From Craspedostauros australis (taxonomy: Eukaryota): 43,594 nt of DNA. How positions within the stretch are numbered: the first letter of the stretch is position 1; each line of letters begins with the position of its first letter. Of the stretch, positions 1-12,161 are shown piece by piece. The translations under genes were made by a program, and so were the position numbers. Location: assembly GCA_030167865.1 (NCBI GenBank), contig JALAGF010001768.1, forward strand, positions 1-43,594. The letters are read 5' to 3'. The notes under the pieces are model-generated. The model ran no database searches and had not been told where the DNA came from. It worked only from the letters and a program-made list of their open reading frames with translations.

Positions 1-118
1 ATCACGTAGTGGCGCTTTTGTTCCCATTAATATTATAGTTATCTCTACAGGGGGTGTCTAAATTGGTGTGATTAGCCTTACTCCGTGCAAAATTGTCAAT
101 TACGTCATTCACATGTCA

Positions 119-270
119 GACATACATCATACCAATGTATGATGTTTGTCAGCTGATTGCATACTGACGTCGGATGTTGATCAGCTTGCTGTGCATGCTG
201 GTCCGACCAACGTCGTACGACGTNGNCTGGACCTCATAGCGACGTGACTGTTTGCCACAACANCGCACNT
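119..270. repeat. Array of four abutting inverted repeats (stem-loops)
   Basis: H1: 119-132/137-150, 13 of 14 bp pair, loop CAAT. H2: 151-186, AGCTGAT/ATCAGCT plus inner CATaCTGAC/GTCGGATG. H3: 200-233, near-perfect 34-bp palindrome GGTCCGACCAACGTCGT|ACGACGTNGNCTGGACC. H4: 242-270, ACGTG.CTGTT/AACAN..CACNT. Confidence 0.75.
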
Positions 271-1875
271 GTGTCTGTCTAGTGCGGAAACATGCCTGCA
301 TACACAACATCAACGAAGCAACGACGTCCATCATCCTCATGGCAACAAACGAGTTGTTCTTGTGTGAGACATGTCCGTTCTGTTCCACACCAAAGAAGGA
401 CAACAATTAATCATTCACATCTCGCCATCACTGCGGCAAAGCATTCGCCACTCACAAGGTCGAGCAGAAACTGGCATTCTCTTGCGGTTTGACATTCGAC
501 AGCAGTCACGGCAAACCAACAGAAGAAAAAGTACTTTATCTTTACGACCAGGTAGTTTGCATTGTTTTCTGTCAATAGTCATAGGTCTGCAGTGGTGGGC
601 GATCACGATTTGCGCATGTCATTTGGGCGCGGAACGGGGACAGCCCAGCAAGAGCGGAACTGCGCTCGTGTCTGTGTACTGGGCGCTATCAAACCAATAC
701 CAGAAAGGGGGATGCGCGCAAGATCTATTATCCGCAACATCACAAGCAACATCGATTACCAGACAGGTGTATCACCAGGCAACTACATTTGCGGTACGAC
801 TGCGAGCGACCACGAGCAGCACTCCTCTCTCCAACAATGCTGTACTCTAGACACGATCATTCGTATTCTGGCGAAACAGTAGGACGACAGTCATCTCACG
901 AGACACAGCGATGAACATGACAGCGGGCTGGTTCCGTCGCAATCACTGTTTGTGTGCTTTGCAGTCCTCAGTCGCACTGTATGTTCTGTCCGCAGGTGTC
1001 GTTGCCACCTGCTTACGTGGACAACTCCGCTTCCGCAGGTGATGGCGCCGTGGCGGTCACAGTGACATTCCCCCTACCGCTGATGTAATGGCTGTTGTGT
1101 GGTTCACTCAAACATCATACAAGCATTGTGCGGGTACGGTTTGACTTGACATTTCCTCTGTGTTGTGTCAAGACATTTTTGGTCCGGCAAAACCATGGTC
1201 CGATTGTAGGACGTTTTGTGTTCCACTTGAATTGCTTGCTCGATGGATTGTGGCACAGCATCATTCTACGCAATCATTGGTGCGGTGGCAATGTGCGTTC
1301 CGTCAGACATAGTACAGTTGGCCACACAGAGAGCTCCTATCAATCAACACATCGGATGATGATGGTGCTGTTGATGTTGTGGTGGAAATCATGAAACACA
1401 TCCTACTTTGGCCAGCAGTTCGAAACCAGGAGTCACGGCATAAACTGATATTCATTGAACGGACAAACGAACATGATGTAGGACCAACGTTGGATAACGT
1501 GCTATTTCACAATGTCCGATATGCGCACAACTGTTAACTAAAGTACGATCAATGTGTATTCAAAATCGGACAATACGGCATAATGTCCGAAATACGGTGC
1601 GATATCCCAACAATACCGCAACCTCCTAGTCTCGATCGTTGGACTAACCTGCAGACAATCGAAGCCGGACCAGTCAACCTCTGACCTTGGCGCTGTTGAA
1701 AGTCACAGTATGTATAATATAATACAAGACCCGGGACACATGCAACTCTAGACAAGGCAAGGGCGCATCAGCGTACGACTATGATCTACTCTAAAGCATG
1801 TGATATTGTATGATGTCACAGGCTGGGTCCTTCCAAGTTCTGTCGGATACCCTGTACACGGCAACCGCCTCAAAG

Positions 1876-4800
1876 TCAACCACCGAACTTGTCCATGCGC
1901 CAATTGGAAACGAGGAGCTTGGACATGCACAGGAGGGCCTCGTGCTGCAGCAACTCGTTGTCGTGGTGGATCAGCTTCATGACCACGACCTTTGCACCTA
2001 GCCGCGTGGCGATGGACTTGCCGTTGGGGTAGAACCGGACGAATTCGCCGATGTCGCGACAAGCGATGGCGGCGATCTCCTCGTCCTCTTCCTCCCACGG
2101 ATTGCGGTTGCGCTCGTCGCGGCGGTTGTAGCTGACGGTCGTCGTGGAGGCCTGGAAGAATGCCCTGTCGTTGCTGTCGCTGACGGCGTTGAGCTCGTAC
2201 TGGTCCATCGTGCTTTGAATGAACTTGGACAAGATGGTGATCAGCCGTTTCACGACATCGAAGTTGCGGGCCTCCATGTTCCTCGCGTTCTGCTGGAAGA
2301 AGCGTTCCTTGTGCAGGATGCCCCATCGCAGATGCCCTGTCTGCACTTCTGCCTCGTACAGCTGGTACTTCGTCATCTCGTGGTAATTGTCATCCACCAG
2401 CTTACGCAGGATGGACAGGTCGTTCTTGATATCATCGTCTCTCCACTTGCGATCCTTCATCACGCTTAGGGTCCTGTGCAGTCCGTGACCGATCATTTCT
2501 GTCAGAAATGGCAAAGACGATGATGGCGAAGCCATTGCCTTCCTTGGGGATCGGGGCTCGATGCTGCCGTTAGTCGCCGGCGTTGCAGACGCATCAGCCG
2601 CTATATCCCCAGTGGAGAGAGTTGCGAGATTGCGCAATGAACTCAATCCCAACCGAACGATCTTCTCGCGGGGACCACTCGCCACCACCTCGGACAGAAC
2701 TTGGATGACGTTGTCGCGCTGGAAGTGCCGAATGATGGCCTCGCGTGCGCCATCCGCTGCTGGATCGGATCCAACGGACGTATTGCAACATTCGTACGTT
2801 AGCGTCCACAGGCAAAACACCAGCTCGTAAAGTTGCTGCACCGAAGCGGAATAGAATGTCGTCTTTCGGATGGGCGGCAAGGGCGATGCGATTGTTTCGG
2901 ATGACTGCTTGGTAGTCAACGCGAACGAGGTGTCACTTCCCAACAATCCCGAGTTCCTGAAGATGGTTGGCAAAGTCGACATCGATAGGTTGGTGATGCT
3001 CGCGCCGCTCTTCCTTGTGCGGTCCTCCGTGTAATCGTCATCGTCTTCGCTGTCGTAGGACAGGGAGCCGTCAGATCTTGTCATCGGCGACAGCGGCACC
3101 CTTCTCTGCGCGCCTGTCCTTTGCGGGCTGATGGCGTGAAGCCTGGTACTTCGACGGTATAGCTGGCCTTTGCTTGCATTCGGTGATCTGGCAGACATGT
3201 CAGTCATTCGACTGGTCGACTGACCGATGGAGCTGGCACTTCCAAAGAGATCTCCTGAATTGCTGGGTAAGAAGCTTCTGTCGTTGCTGGTGCCATAGCC
3301 ATAGCCATTGGCGTTGTTCGTTCTGTTCATTTGCCTCGTCCGCCTGGCGTTACCTCCACTGCTGCTGCGGTTGTTATATCCGGCTCCGGCTCCACCGGCA
3401 CCAGCTCCATCCATGTGCAGCATCCCACGTATGTGACGCACCAAGTACCCAATGCCGCCTGCCTGATCGAAGACGATGCGCGATTCATGACAGCTGGACA
3501 GAACCATGAGAGCAGGCGTGACGATGCGGACGTTGATGGATCTCCCGCTGGTTGGTATCTGGTTTGAGTTCCAATTGCTGGTGCTCCTGCTGCTGGCCGA
3601 TTGCAGCCTCGCCGTGATCCATGCAACAAGCGCTTCGAGTGCGGCGTCCACTGCTGGCTTTGAAGAGGCCGCTTCTGACTTAGCTGACGATGGGTTCAGG
3701 AGAAGAAGGTTGCGCTGCAGCCTCCGTTGCTGCGCGGAGAGGAACGAGGGACAGCCAGCCCGAAGGATGTACGCGAGGCAAACAGACGCGCCGCCTGCGT
3801 CATCATGGAGGCGGAGAATGACGTTGATGATGATGAAGAGGAGACAGAGACAGAGAGAGTTGATGTGGGAGGGAGGGTGAGCGGCAAAAGCGAAAGCAAA
3901 GTGCAGTGATGGAAGGGCATCCATCGTCTAGCATCTGTATGCCAGAAGAAAAAACGAACAGGAAGATAGAAAACAGCCATGCATACAACGTGATGCATCG
4001 ATGGGTGTGTGATGGATGCGCGATCTCGATGGAGGTAGAGACAGCATGATTCGGCAGATGCGATTCTGGAGGTATACTGAAACGTAGGGTGATAAACTCA
4101 CGTGCGACGAAGGTGTCATTGTAGAGGGTGGACCCTCCGGCGGCCTTGTAGAGAATTTTCAGCAAAGGCCTCCAATCTTCCAGGATGGAACCGTCGTTGG
4201 GGTTGTAAAAGTAGTCCCAAACCGTGTATTTTCGTGTCTCTCTCGTCTTGCGCTGGTCCGGAGATGGATTGAAGAAGTCGTCGAGTTGCGATTGAGACGC
4301 TGCTGCTGCTGTCGCCGATGATGGCGTTCTAGTTTGTGACGTTGAAAATGGATACCGCGACGCATCATCATATGATGACGATGCTGCTGCTGATGTTGCC
4401 TTCGGTGTTGCCGTCGATGATGACGTTGAGGCTGACTCCAGAAGACAGCGAATGAGGTCGTAGAGCTGAGAAATGACGAAATGAGTGACCACAATCAATG
4501 GTTGCTCGTAGTAGACCTGCAGGGCATGATATTCGTCAAGCAGTACCTGCTCGTCTTGATCCCAGATGGATGATATCGGCGATAGCGATAACGTCGATGA
4601 CGATACCACAGACGACATCGCGGACGACGCCACCGAGGGCGACGATAAGGACATCGGCGATGCCAGAGTTGATGACATACCCATGCTGATTGGGGAAGTC
4701 ATCGGCGAGCGGATATTGCTGGTCGAGGTGGAGTTGCAGATGGTGAGCGACGGGTGTGGCTGCAACGCGATCAACTCCAGCACCTGCAGTAGCGTCCTGC

Positions 4801-5113
4801 AGAGAGTGTGGGCTTCGTCAAATGCAGCCAAGGTATACTCCATGGGATTCGTCTCCGACCGCCGCAGGATGGAGCATTGGGTCGTGGAGAGGAATCCTGG
4901 CAGCGGATGCGATGGTGATGCCGATAACCTTGCAGATAGCGCCTCCCACTGGATCCCTCCGAATGCCCGCGACAGGGGAGACAGGGGCAGTGCGTAACAT
5001 GCTGACGACGTCGAGGTGGGTGCCGTCGATCTGCTCGTCTCCGCGTCCGAGCCTCTGAAACGATCACCCAGCCCAGAGAATGAATTCTGTTGCGACGAAG
5101 AGAACGAGGACAT
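1876..5113 (-). CDS. ATP6V1H: V-type H+-ATPase V1 subunit H, extended form (~976 aa). Exons 5113-4102 and 3794-1876.
   Basis: The C-terminal part has the subunit H signatures QQLYELVFCLWTLTY, REKIVRLGLSSLRNL, LRWGILHKERFFQQNA, AIACRDIGEFVRFYPNGK, LGAKVVVMKLI and EALLCMSKLLVSNW. Intron 4101-3795 (GTGAGT...GACGCAG, phase 1, 307 bp) joins NDTFVA-R-GASVCLAYIL in frame. Confidence 0.88.
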
Positions 5114-5904
5114 TGATGCGATCGCAAGTCTTCAGCGACTTCTCTTTGTCCTTGTTCTTGACCTTCCCTTGCTCCAGCTCCACTTTCAAGGCTTCCGTTC
5201 GCCTGTTGGGTGCTCTGGGTGCTCTCGATCCCGCTCAAGCCAGTCCAGATCAGTTTGACTGTTGTGATCGTGACGGTTGCTTGCTTGCGTGTTATCTCCT
5301 CTCTCTCCCTCTCTCGCGCGCGCTCTCTCTTCCGTTGCTTTGGCTGTTGTCATCAAACTTCTACGATCTGTCGGTTTCGAATAGCTCCACGATGGCACAG
5401 CAAAAGGAGCATTATGCGACTATCTGCACGGCAAGGCGTGGCCCGAGCACAAATGCCTCTTGTTGTCATTGCTCAGTATCAAGTCAAACGTCGGTTCTGT
5501 CAGTATCTTGATGGCCAATCGCGCTTCTTGGATGTCTTGTGTGTCGTCAAGGAGATTATTTGAATTCGTCGAATACTGCGACTACTCTTACGTTGATGAC
5601 CTTGACAAACACGACCACCCTGTGCTCGGTTCATTCACGGATTCAATCCTCCAATCACGAAATCGCTTCGTCACAAAGCCAATCAACCACCCAACCTGTC
5701 GCAGGAACAGTGATGTCTTGTGCGTGCGGGTCCAAGCCAACTTTCCCAATACACCCATCCATCCACGTGTTGGTAATCATTATTCGATGCATCTTCGACC
5801 ATCAGTGGATACCTGCAGAGCAGCCCTGGGGCAGGAGAGGGGGGTTCATGATTGCACACTCATAGGTTGCGATTCCCATCTCAAAAACGACGCTGCGAAC
5901 GCAC
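5114..5904. promoter_or_regulatory. Divergent (likely bidirectional) promoter region between V-ATPase H and TatD, with a CT/CG dinucleotide tract near 5296-5333
   Basis: Head-to-head start codons at 5113 (-) and 5905 (+). No specific elements identified. Confidence 0.4.
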
Positions 5905-7098
5905 ATGATGAGAACTTCGTCAACATCGACATCTGCGCCGGCGTCAATGCCAATGGCGGAATGCTCCCTTCTACCATTTGATGCGCACAATCATGTTCAG
6001 CTGGGACCATCCCCTGCCATTCGAGCAGTCTTCCAGCCCGTCGCCCAATCAGAGAGTATTTTGGCGGATGAGCCTCGTGTACAACGGCAGATCGTCTCAG
6101 GCATGGCCATCATGTCCACCCATCCGAGAGACTACGAACCTATTCTCCGATACACGACATCCCTCCTTGATGAGTGCAACACGATTCTTTCAGCGTCGTC
6201 ATCATCATCGTCATCATCACAGCCACAAGATTCGTCGCAGTCACCACCAGCCTCATTGTCGAGTGACTCTCCGCTTCCGCTGCAGATCGTTCCTTGCTTG
6301 GGCGTGCATCCTTGGTTTCTACACGAATTGTCGCAGGAAGATTGGATGATGGTCTCGATTGCATCCGAAAGTTGCAGAGGCACTGGTATTGTGTCCAAGC
6401 TGACGCAGCAGCCAAGGTGGGTGCATGACCTTGAATGTCACATCACCAAGTACAATGCACATGTTGAAGATTCAACGCGACATGTCCATGCAGAATATGC
6501 TGCTGCATCTCACCCGCCGAAGGCTATCGTCGGAGAATTCGGCCTGGATAAGTTCCATTACCATCCCGACACCAAAGAACTTGTCACAGACATGGAGACG
6601 CAGGTGTCGGCCATGGAGTATCAGTTATCCCTCGCCACGCGGCTTCGATTGCCGGTGTCGCTTCATTGCGTCCACGCGATGGGGCCCATGATGGATGCCA
6701 TTAAGAGCGTCAAGAAGAACCACAAAGGGTGCCTCCCGCCGGCCATGTACTTCCATGCGTTCGGTGGGAAATCAGCATCTATCGACCAACTGGTCTCCTT
6801 GTGCTGCGGGACCAGCAAGAAGCAGAAACAGCAGCTGGTCGCCAATCGATTATCAACGCAGGTCTTTTTCGGTTTCGCACCGGTCGTCAATTTCCGATCG
6901 CCCAAAACCGCCGACGTCGTGCGCAAAGTTGGCGTCGATCGTTTGGTGTTGGAAACCGATCATGAAGACGCCGCGAGGATACCTGATTCCATACAGAGTG
7001 GAGTTGAGTACCTGGCGACCGCGTTGGAAATCACACCGGAGGAGTTGATACAGCGGACGAACCGGAATGCGGAGAAGTTGTACAGCATACGGTTGTGA
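5905..7098 (+). CDS. tatD: TatD-family metal-dependent DNase (TIM barrel), 397 aa, single exon
   Basis: Ordered TatD motifs FDAHNH, LGVHPW, IVGEFGLDK, PVSLHCV, FHAF and LVLETD, ending in NRNAEKLY. Low-complexity insertions lie between motifs. Confidence 0.9.
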   Translation: MMRTSSTSTSAPASMPMAECSLLPFDAHNHVQLGPSPAIRAVFQPVAQSESILADEPRVQRQIVSGMAIMSTHPRDYEPILRYTTSLLDECNTILSASSSSSSSSQPQDSSQSPPASLSSDSPLPLQIVPCLGVHPWFLHELSQEDWMMVSIASESCRGTGIVSKLTQQPRWVHDLECHITKYNAHVEDSTRHVHAEYAAASHPPKAIVGEFGLDKFHYHPDTKELVTDMETQVSAMEYQLSLATRLRLPVSLHCVHAMGPMMDAIKSVKKNHKGCLPPAMYFHAFGGKSASIDQLVSLCCGTSKKQKQQLVANRLSTQVFFGFAPVVNFRSPKTADVVRKVGVDRLVLETDHEDAARIPDSIQSGVEYLATALEITPEELIQRTNRNAEKLYSIRL

Positions 7099-7806
7099 GT
7101 TGGTTCGTTAGTTCGTTGGTTCTGAGATGGTTGCATGCCAGAGTCGAATGGGCGAGTGAACAAAGGGATGATCTACGTTACTCTGTACAGAAACGGATGC
7201 ATGAGCACTCTATCTTAACCATGATTTGTTGTATGGTACTCAATGTGGATGTGTATTCTTGAACGTGTTTGTATTGCCTGTATTGATTGTATTCCACTAT
7301 CTTCCTGCTGCTGTTGCTGTCCTTGCCGAGGTACGAATGCGATGCAAGCACTTTTCACTGCACGAGTAACATACACAAGCAGAACATGAGTTGACCGCCG
7401 CATAGAGATCTGAGACAACGAGCATGACCTGTGTCCGAGCACAAAGTAAACAGCGATGAATGTGGGCTTGAGGACAGTGCAGTGGAGTGAAGTACGATAA
7501 AGTAGAGTAACAAAATTGGTTCGATTTAGGCTGAGATAGTATTTACTCAATTCTCCTTTCCTAACACTGTGTATGACACTCGGGAGAATGGCAGTCCAAT
7601 CGATTTGAGCGATCTCGTTCACCTGATGTCTTTCTGTTTCGGCGGCTGGAAGTGGGTTCTTTTCGAGAGAGCATCGTTGCTTGTTGGGGGTATTGGACTC
7701 GTCGTTGCAAACGCATCGAAGCCCTATGCCGCGATTGGTGCTATCAATCACTGCGGTTTCCGGGCTTGAGAGGTTGAGCTTGCGGCACGATTCCGCCTCC
7801 GTTGTA

Positions 7807-8340
7807 TTAGAACTCGATGCTTGGCCTTCTGCGGGCGCAGTGTGGGATGCAGTCACCCTGAACCTGCCGGCTCGATCCCGCTCTTGGCAGTGAGCTGACC
7901 TGTGTGGAGAATGTCAGATGGCCAGACAACCGCCTCTGTGCGTGCTGATGCTGCGTTGCTTCGGGCATGCAGACTCCAAGGATGGTGCTAGGTCGTCTGC
8001 GCGATTTGAACTGGCCGTGGTCGTACGGTGATCGTCTTTGGACAGGCGATGATGGTGACGGTGGCGACGATGTGTGGATCGCTGCTGACGCCGAATGACG
8101 ATGAGGCTGCTGTGGCCTATCAGAGTAGTTTTGGGAGCGGCAGTAGATGTAACTGGGGTGCTCGTGATGGCACTCCTCTTCCTCCTCTTGCCACTGGTCG
8201 TCGCAGCAATTGCATGAGGAGGCGAATGTGATTTCGTCAGAATCGCTGACGGTTGGTGACTGCGCCATGTTGATGCGAAAGTCAAAGTCGATGGTGTCAT
8301 TCTCCAAATCGATGAAGTGCGGGTAGTAAGTCTGATTCAT
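7807..8340 (-). CDS. Hypothetical protein (~177 aa from the ATG at 8340), low complexity
   Basis: ATG preceded by a CA-rich leader like those of other genes here. Poly-E and S/P tracts. No recognisable domain. Confidence 0.4.
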   Translation of the reverse strand: MNQTYYPHFIDLENDTIDFDFRINMAQSPTVSDSDEITFASSCNCCDDQWQEEEEECHHEHPSYIYCRSQNYSDRPQQPHRHSASAAIHTSSPPSPSSPVQRRSPYDHGQFKSRRRPSTILGVCMPEATQHQHAQRRLSGHLTFSTQVSSLPRAGSSRQVQGDCIPHCARRRPSIEF

Positions 8341-11300
8341 CTTGCCTGTCGCGATTGTGTGCTCTTTGGCAGGAGGAATTTCGTGTTTGGATCGAATGGT
8401 AATGGTTGCGGTTACTGTCGCAGCTGCTGCCACTGCTTTTCAAAGTGTGCGTGTGTGAGTATCGTAGAGCGGTGCTGTTGTTGGTGGTGGCACTGTGTGG
8501 TGCGAGTACGACGAGTCTAATGTGTTGTGCTGTGTTGCGGTGTGGTGCTGGTTGATGTGCGGAAATTGTGTGCTTGAACCGAGCTGTGTTTGTGATTGAA
8601 TTGGTGTGTACCGCAGCATGCCGTGTTCTTGGTGTGCTTTGTCCCCTTGAGTGCACGCTGGTTGGTGATGTCATGATGCTCGTCTCCGTGGAGGCGGTGA
8701 CAAAGCACCCAAGATAACCCAGGGACCGATCAACAGTCATCGACCTCTCCTCATGCTTCTCTGGCGGTGGAGCCGTTGGGTTGAACTTGCTTCATCCATG
8801 GGTTCAACTGTTCTTCCGGTTGACATTCGTGCATTCATGGCACACATGCGTCCATTCGCACGTTTGACACCATCCACCAACACGCAACAATCAACCAAAA
8901 AGGCTCTCCTCTGAGACCATTCCGCACCTGACAAGAAACGCAGAGAGAAAGGAAGAGAGAAAGTCGTTGGAAGAACCTGTGGCTCAATAAAACCAGAAGC
9001 CTGTTGGAATTCGCGTTGTTGACGATGCGTCATCGCGAGTATTCGTATTGCACGATTGCGTCAGCGCCTGATTTTATTGCTGTTGCCATGATCGCTGCTG
9101 TTCAGGGGTGAGGCAGGTTGGAATGCTGTTCATCGCCACCGAGACCATCGTCCATCCATGTTCTGATTCATTGTTCTGTGGACGAAAAGGAGCCTGGAAT
9201 ATTATCTTGGGTGTTCGTGTCGCGACTGGAAGAAGGTGTTTGTTCGTTCCATCTCGATCTTTGTGGTATGGAGACGCTTTGTCTTCGGCTGGTTTCATGT
9301 CGGATGCAGTTCATGAAGACCACTGTTGTGGTTCAAGAAGAAGTTATGACGAAGGACAACACCGTGTGAACGCTGTGAACATGGTAGAAACGGTCATCAT
9401 CACGGTGCAAACACGAACTTGGATACCGAAAGGACATGGTGAGTCTTCGCCCCGAACATCGATTTTGAATGATGTCGATGATGTTCCTAACTTTGAGCTG
9501 ACGTGGTTCATTTCGCTCTGACGTACAGCAGCAAAACCCTCTTCGATTGATAAATCCAACGGCAGATTGGTTGGGTGTGGGACGTCACTCGTGATGATAC
9601 GCTCGAGCAAGTTCGATGACGCAACCAGACTGAACACATGTGGTGGACTAAATCAACGTTGCGGTCCAACGTCACCGCCTCTGCCAAGAGAAGGAAAGGA
9701 ACGAGCTGGTCCCACAAGGAGGTGAACGACCACGATTTTGGGATGACTGTTGGCGGCAGACGCGCCACATTTCTGGTTGTTTCTTCCTTCTCTTCTTGTT
9801 TGCAGTGGCGTTTCTGTGTGACGGACACTCCAACCGTTTCGCCCTTTCCCTTTCCGTTCCTTGCGCACCAGCATGAAGTGGACTGGGCAGCCACAAGAGG
9901 CATTGTTGCATTCAGCTTTCTGCTTCCGTTTCGTGTGAGTGAGGCAGAACAGAACAACACATGCAAGTATCAACGTTCGATTGGAAGGAACAGGTGGGTC
10001 ATGTTGTGAGCTGGTTCTTGCGCTGTTGATTCACCCGAAAATGACCATTGGGCTGGGATGCCCGGATGACTCTGGGCACCAACAGCAGCGCACTGGCTTG
10101 GCTTTCATTGGCTTGCGGTGAGTTGTCCCATGTCATGCCTCGATTCATCTAATGGTGAAGCCTTCTGTGCATCCACTCATACGTACAGTACGCGCACTTG
10201 TAGCGTACCATTCATGAATGCGTGTTTGTGATTCGACAAGACAAATACTGCAGTCGGAGAGGGCAATGAAAGTTGCGATCATGTTGCTGGGTTGATTGGC
10301 CGCTCACGAATCAAGACACCCACCGCAGGCGCCTTGACAGGCATGATGAATGTGCATGGTATGGTACCACATGTTGTCTTCAAGTTGCCCCAGTCCAATT
10401 TGTTCTGCGCTCCCATCGAGCGCGCTCCTCTGCCAGTTCCAGTTCCATGCAACCGTGCTTCGCGTTCCACGAGCAAGCCTCCTTCCATATTTGCTTGGCA
10501 AGGAGCAGAAGCAACAGAAGGAAGCGCAAGCATGTAAAGCAAGCGACGAACCGATCCGAAGCCGGATTGGATACTCGTGTGGCGATGGCTGCGATGACAG
10601 GAGACGAAAGGCGCTTTGGACCTTGCGCTAACTGCTACGCTGTCTAGATCGTATAATACTTGAGCAGTCGGTTTGCAAATCTGCAACATCGAGATAGAAT
10701 GCGAGTGACGATAGTTCCATCGATCAGGCACTCTACCCTCGTACGCTCGTTTCACCACAAAAGAAGCATGCCCTCGTGGTCACCAACGATTCTTGCACTC
10801 GTACAAACACCATACATATCAGCACGCAGGAGCCAAGAGATATGGTAAGACTCCCTTCAGCAGGATATTTACGACCTGCAGATCACATTTGATGCACTCG
10901 CGATAACACTATTCTCTGCTGCTCTCCGTTCCCTCGTCGGTTTTATAGTGCGCTTCTATGTTTCAAGTGTAGTTGTTCGTAGACTTGAGTTAGCCAGTTG
11001 GTATTCTGTGCCTTTTGCACGTGCAATAGAAAAGCGTCTGTCCTACAACCAGTTTGACGCCGTTTGATGTCGAGGACGAAGCTACTCGCAGACGATGTTG
11101 TAACTTAGTAGAGTTGAAGAGTACAGCTGTGAAGATGTTTCTGATTGCTTGTTTTATGTGTTAAGCTTGCTATCGATAGGACTATCGAGTAAAAAGGTAG
11201 GGAGTCATGCTGTCGTGCTTCAGCCGTTCTTGTTGCACGCAACATGTTGCGGTAATTCTGCACACACAGTCAGTAATGGTTGCCATCTGCAGAGCAGAGC

Positions 11301-12161
11301 TTGATCTGTGACATGGGTATGCTTGAAGACAAGCATAGGTTCTGCAAGACGGCTGGTTGGACAGCTGGCGGGAGTGCATGAGCTGGAGGGTGAGCCGAGT
11401 GCGGATTGTAAGTCCAACTACACAGCAATCACGCGGTAGCCTTTTATCACGGTACTGGGTTAGGGTACCGGATACCATGTACGCGACATGGATAGTTGAG
11501 TCCCGGACTGGTGTACTAGTAAGTGTGTCCCAAATTAGTCCATTGAATCCATAGGCTCTTCAGTTTTCGCACGACCCAGCGATGCTTGCTGGAGGCCGTG
11601 TAAAATGGGTATTATTTACACATCTCCAGAGACATTCCAAACAGAGAATGCAAGGGAACATCGCCGAACACAGAACAGGAACACCCATCAATCCAAGAAG
11701 AACCTCACCATCAAGAACAACCGCGACGGCGACAGAAAGTACGAGCTACTCCTGTCTCGCGGAGAGACACCAACAGCAAGACCAACGTCGGGACTCTCCA
11801 GATGCGCTGGCAGCACGAATTGAAGCCACAACAGCATCCAGGAACCGCAAACGTGCCCACCGAAACCACAGCCGGATCAGGGACATCACAGGAGATCTGG
11901 ATAACTGCCATCACGATCCGGACTCCATCTGTCGTGGGCAGCAAGCTCGTCTCATCTTCATGCAGACACCGTGCGCTTCATGGGATTCCGTGTCACTCGG
12001 GCATACGAGCACGAGTCCGAGCACGGATACGAGCACAAGTACGAATCAAGATACTCCTAGCGCGTCATTGCTCACACAGCGATTGCGCTTTGAAACAAGC
12101 TCCAACAGCAGAGAGACCGGCTTCGGTCTCAGATCATAATACTTGCGGAGAAATCAACATC

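Noticed and set aside
1405..1445. GTTCGAAACC…GTCACGGCA resembling a tRNA T arm and 3' end
   Set aside because: The flanks (AGCAG/CCAGG) do not form a T stem, and no acceptor or anticodon arm can be built.
1845..1857. GGATACCCTGTA as a possible right TIR for TACAGGGGGTGTC at 46
   Set aside because: Only about 7 bp match, and it lies in the V-ATPase H 3' UTR, about 20 nt from the stop codon.
3795..4101. ORF-track N-terminus MDALPSLHFAF… (3924) and C-terminal extension of the 3803-5113 ORF
   Set aside because: Both are translations of the V-ATPase H intron.
8900..11400. Many 60-160 aa ORFs in the long intergenic region
   Set aside because: No motifs, no codon bias and mutually overlapping frames, as expected by chance at this GC content.
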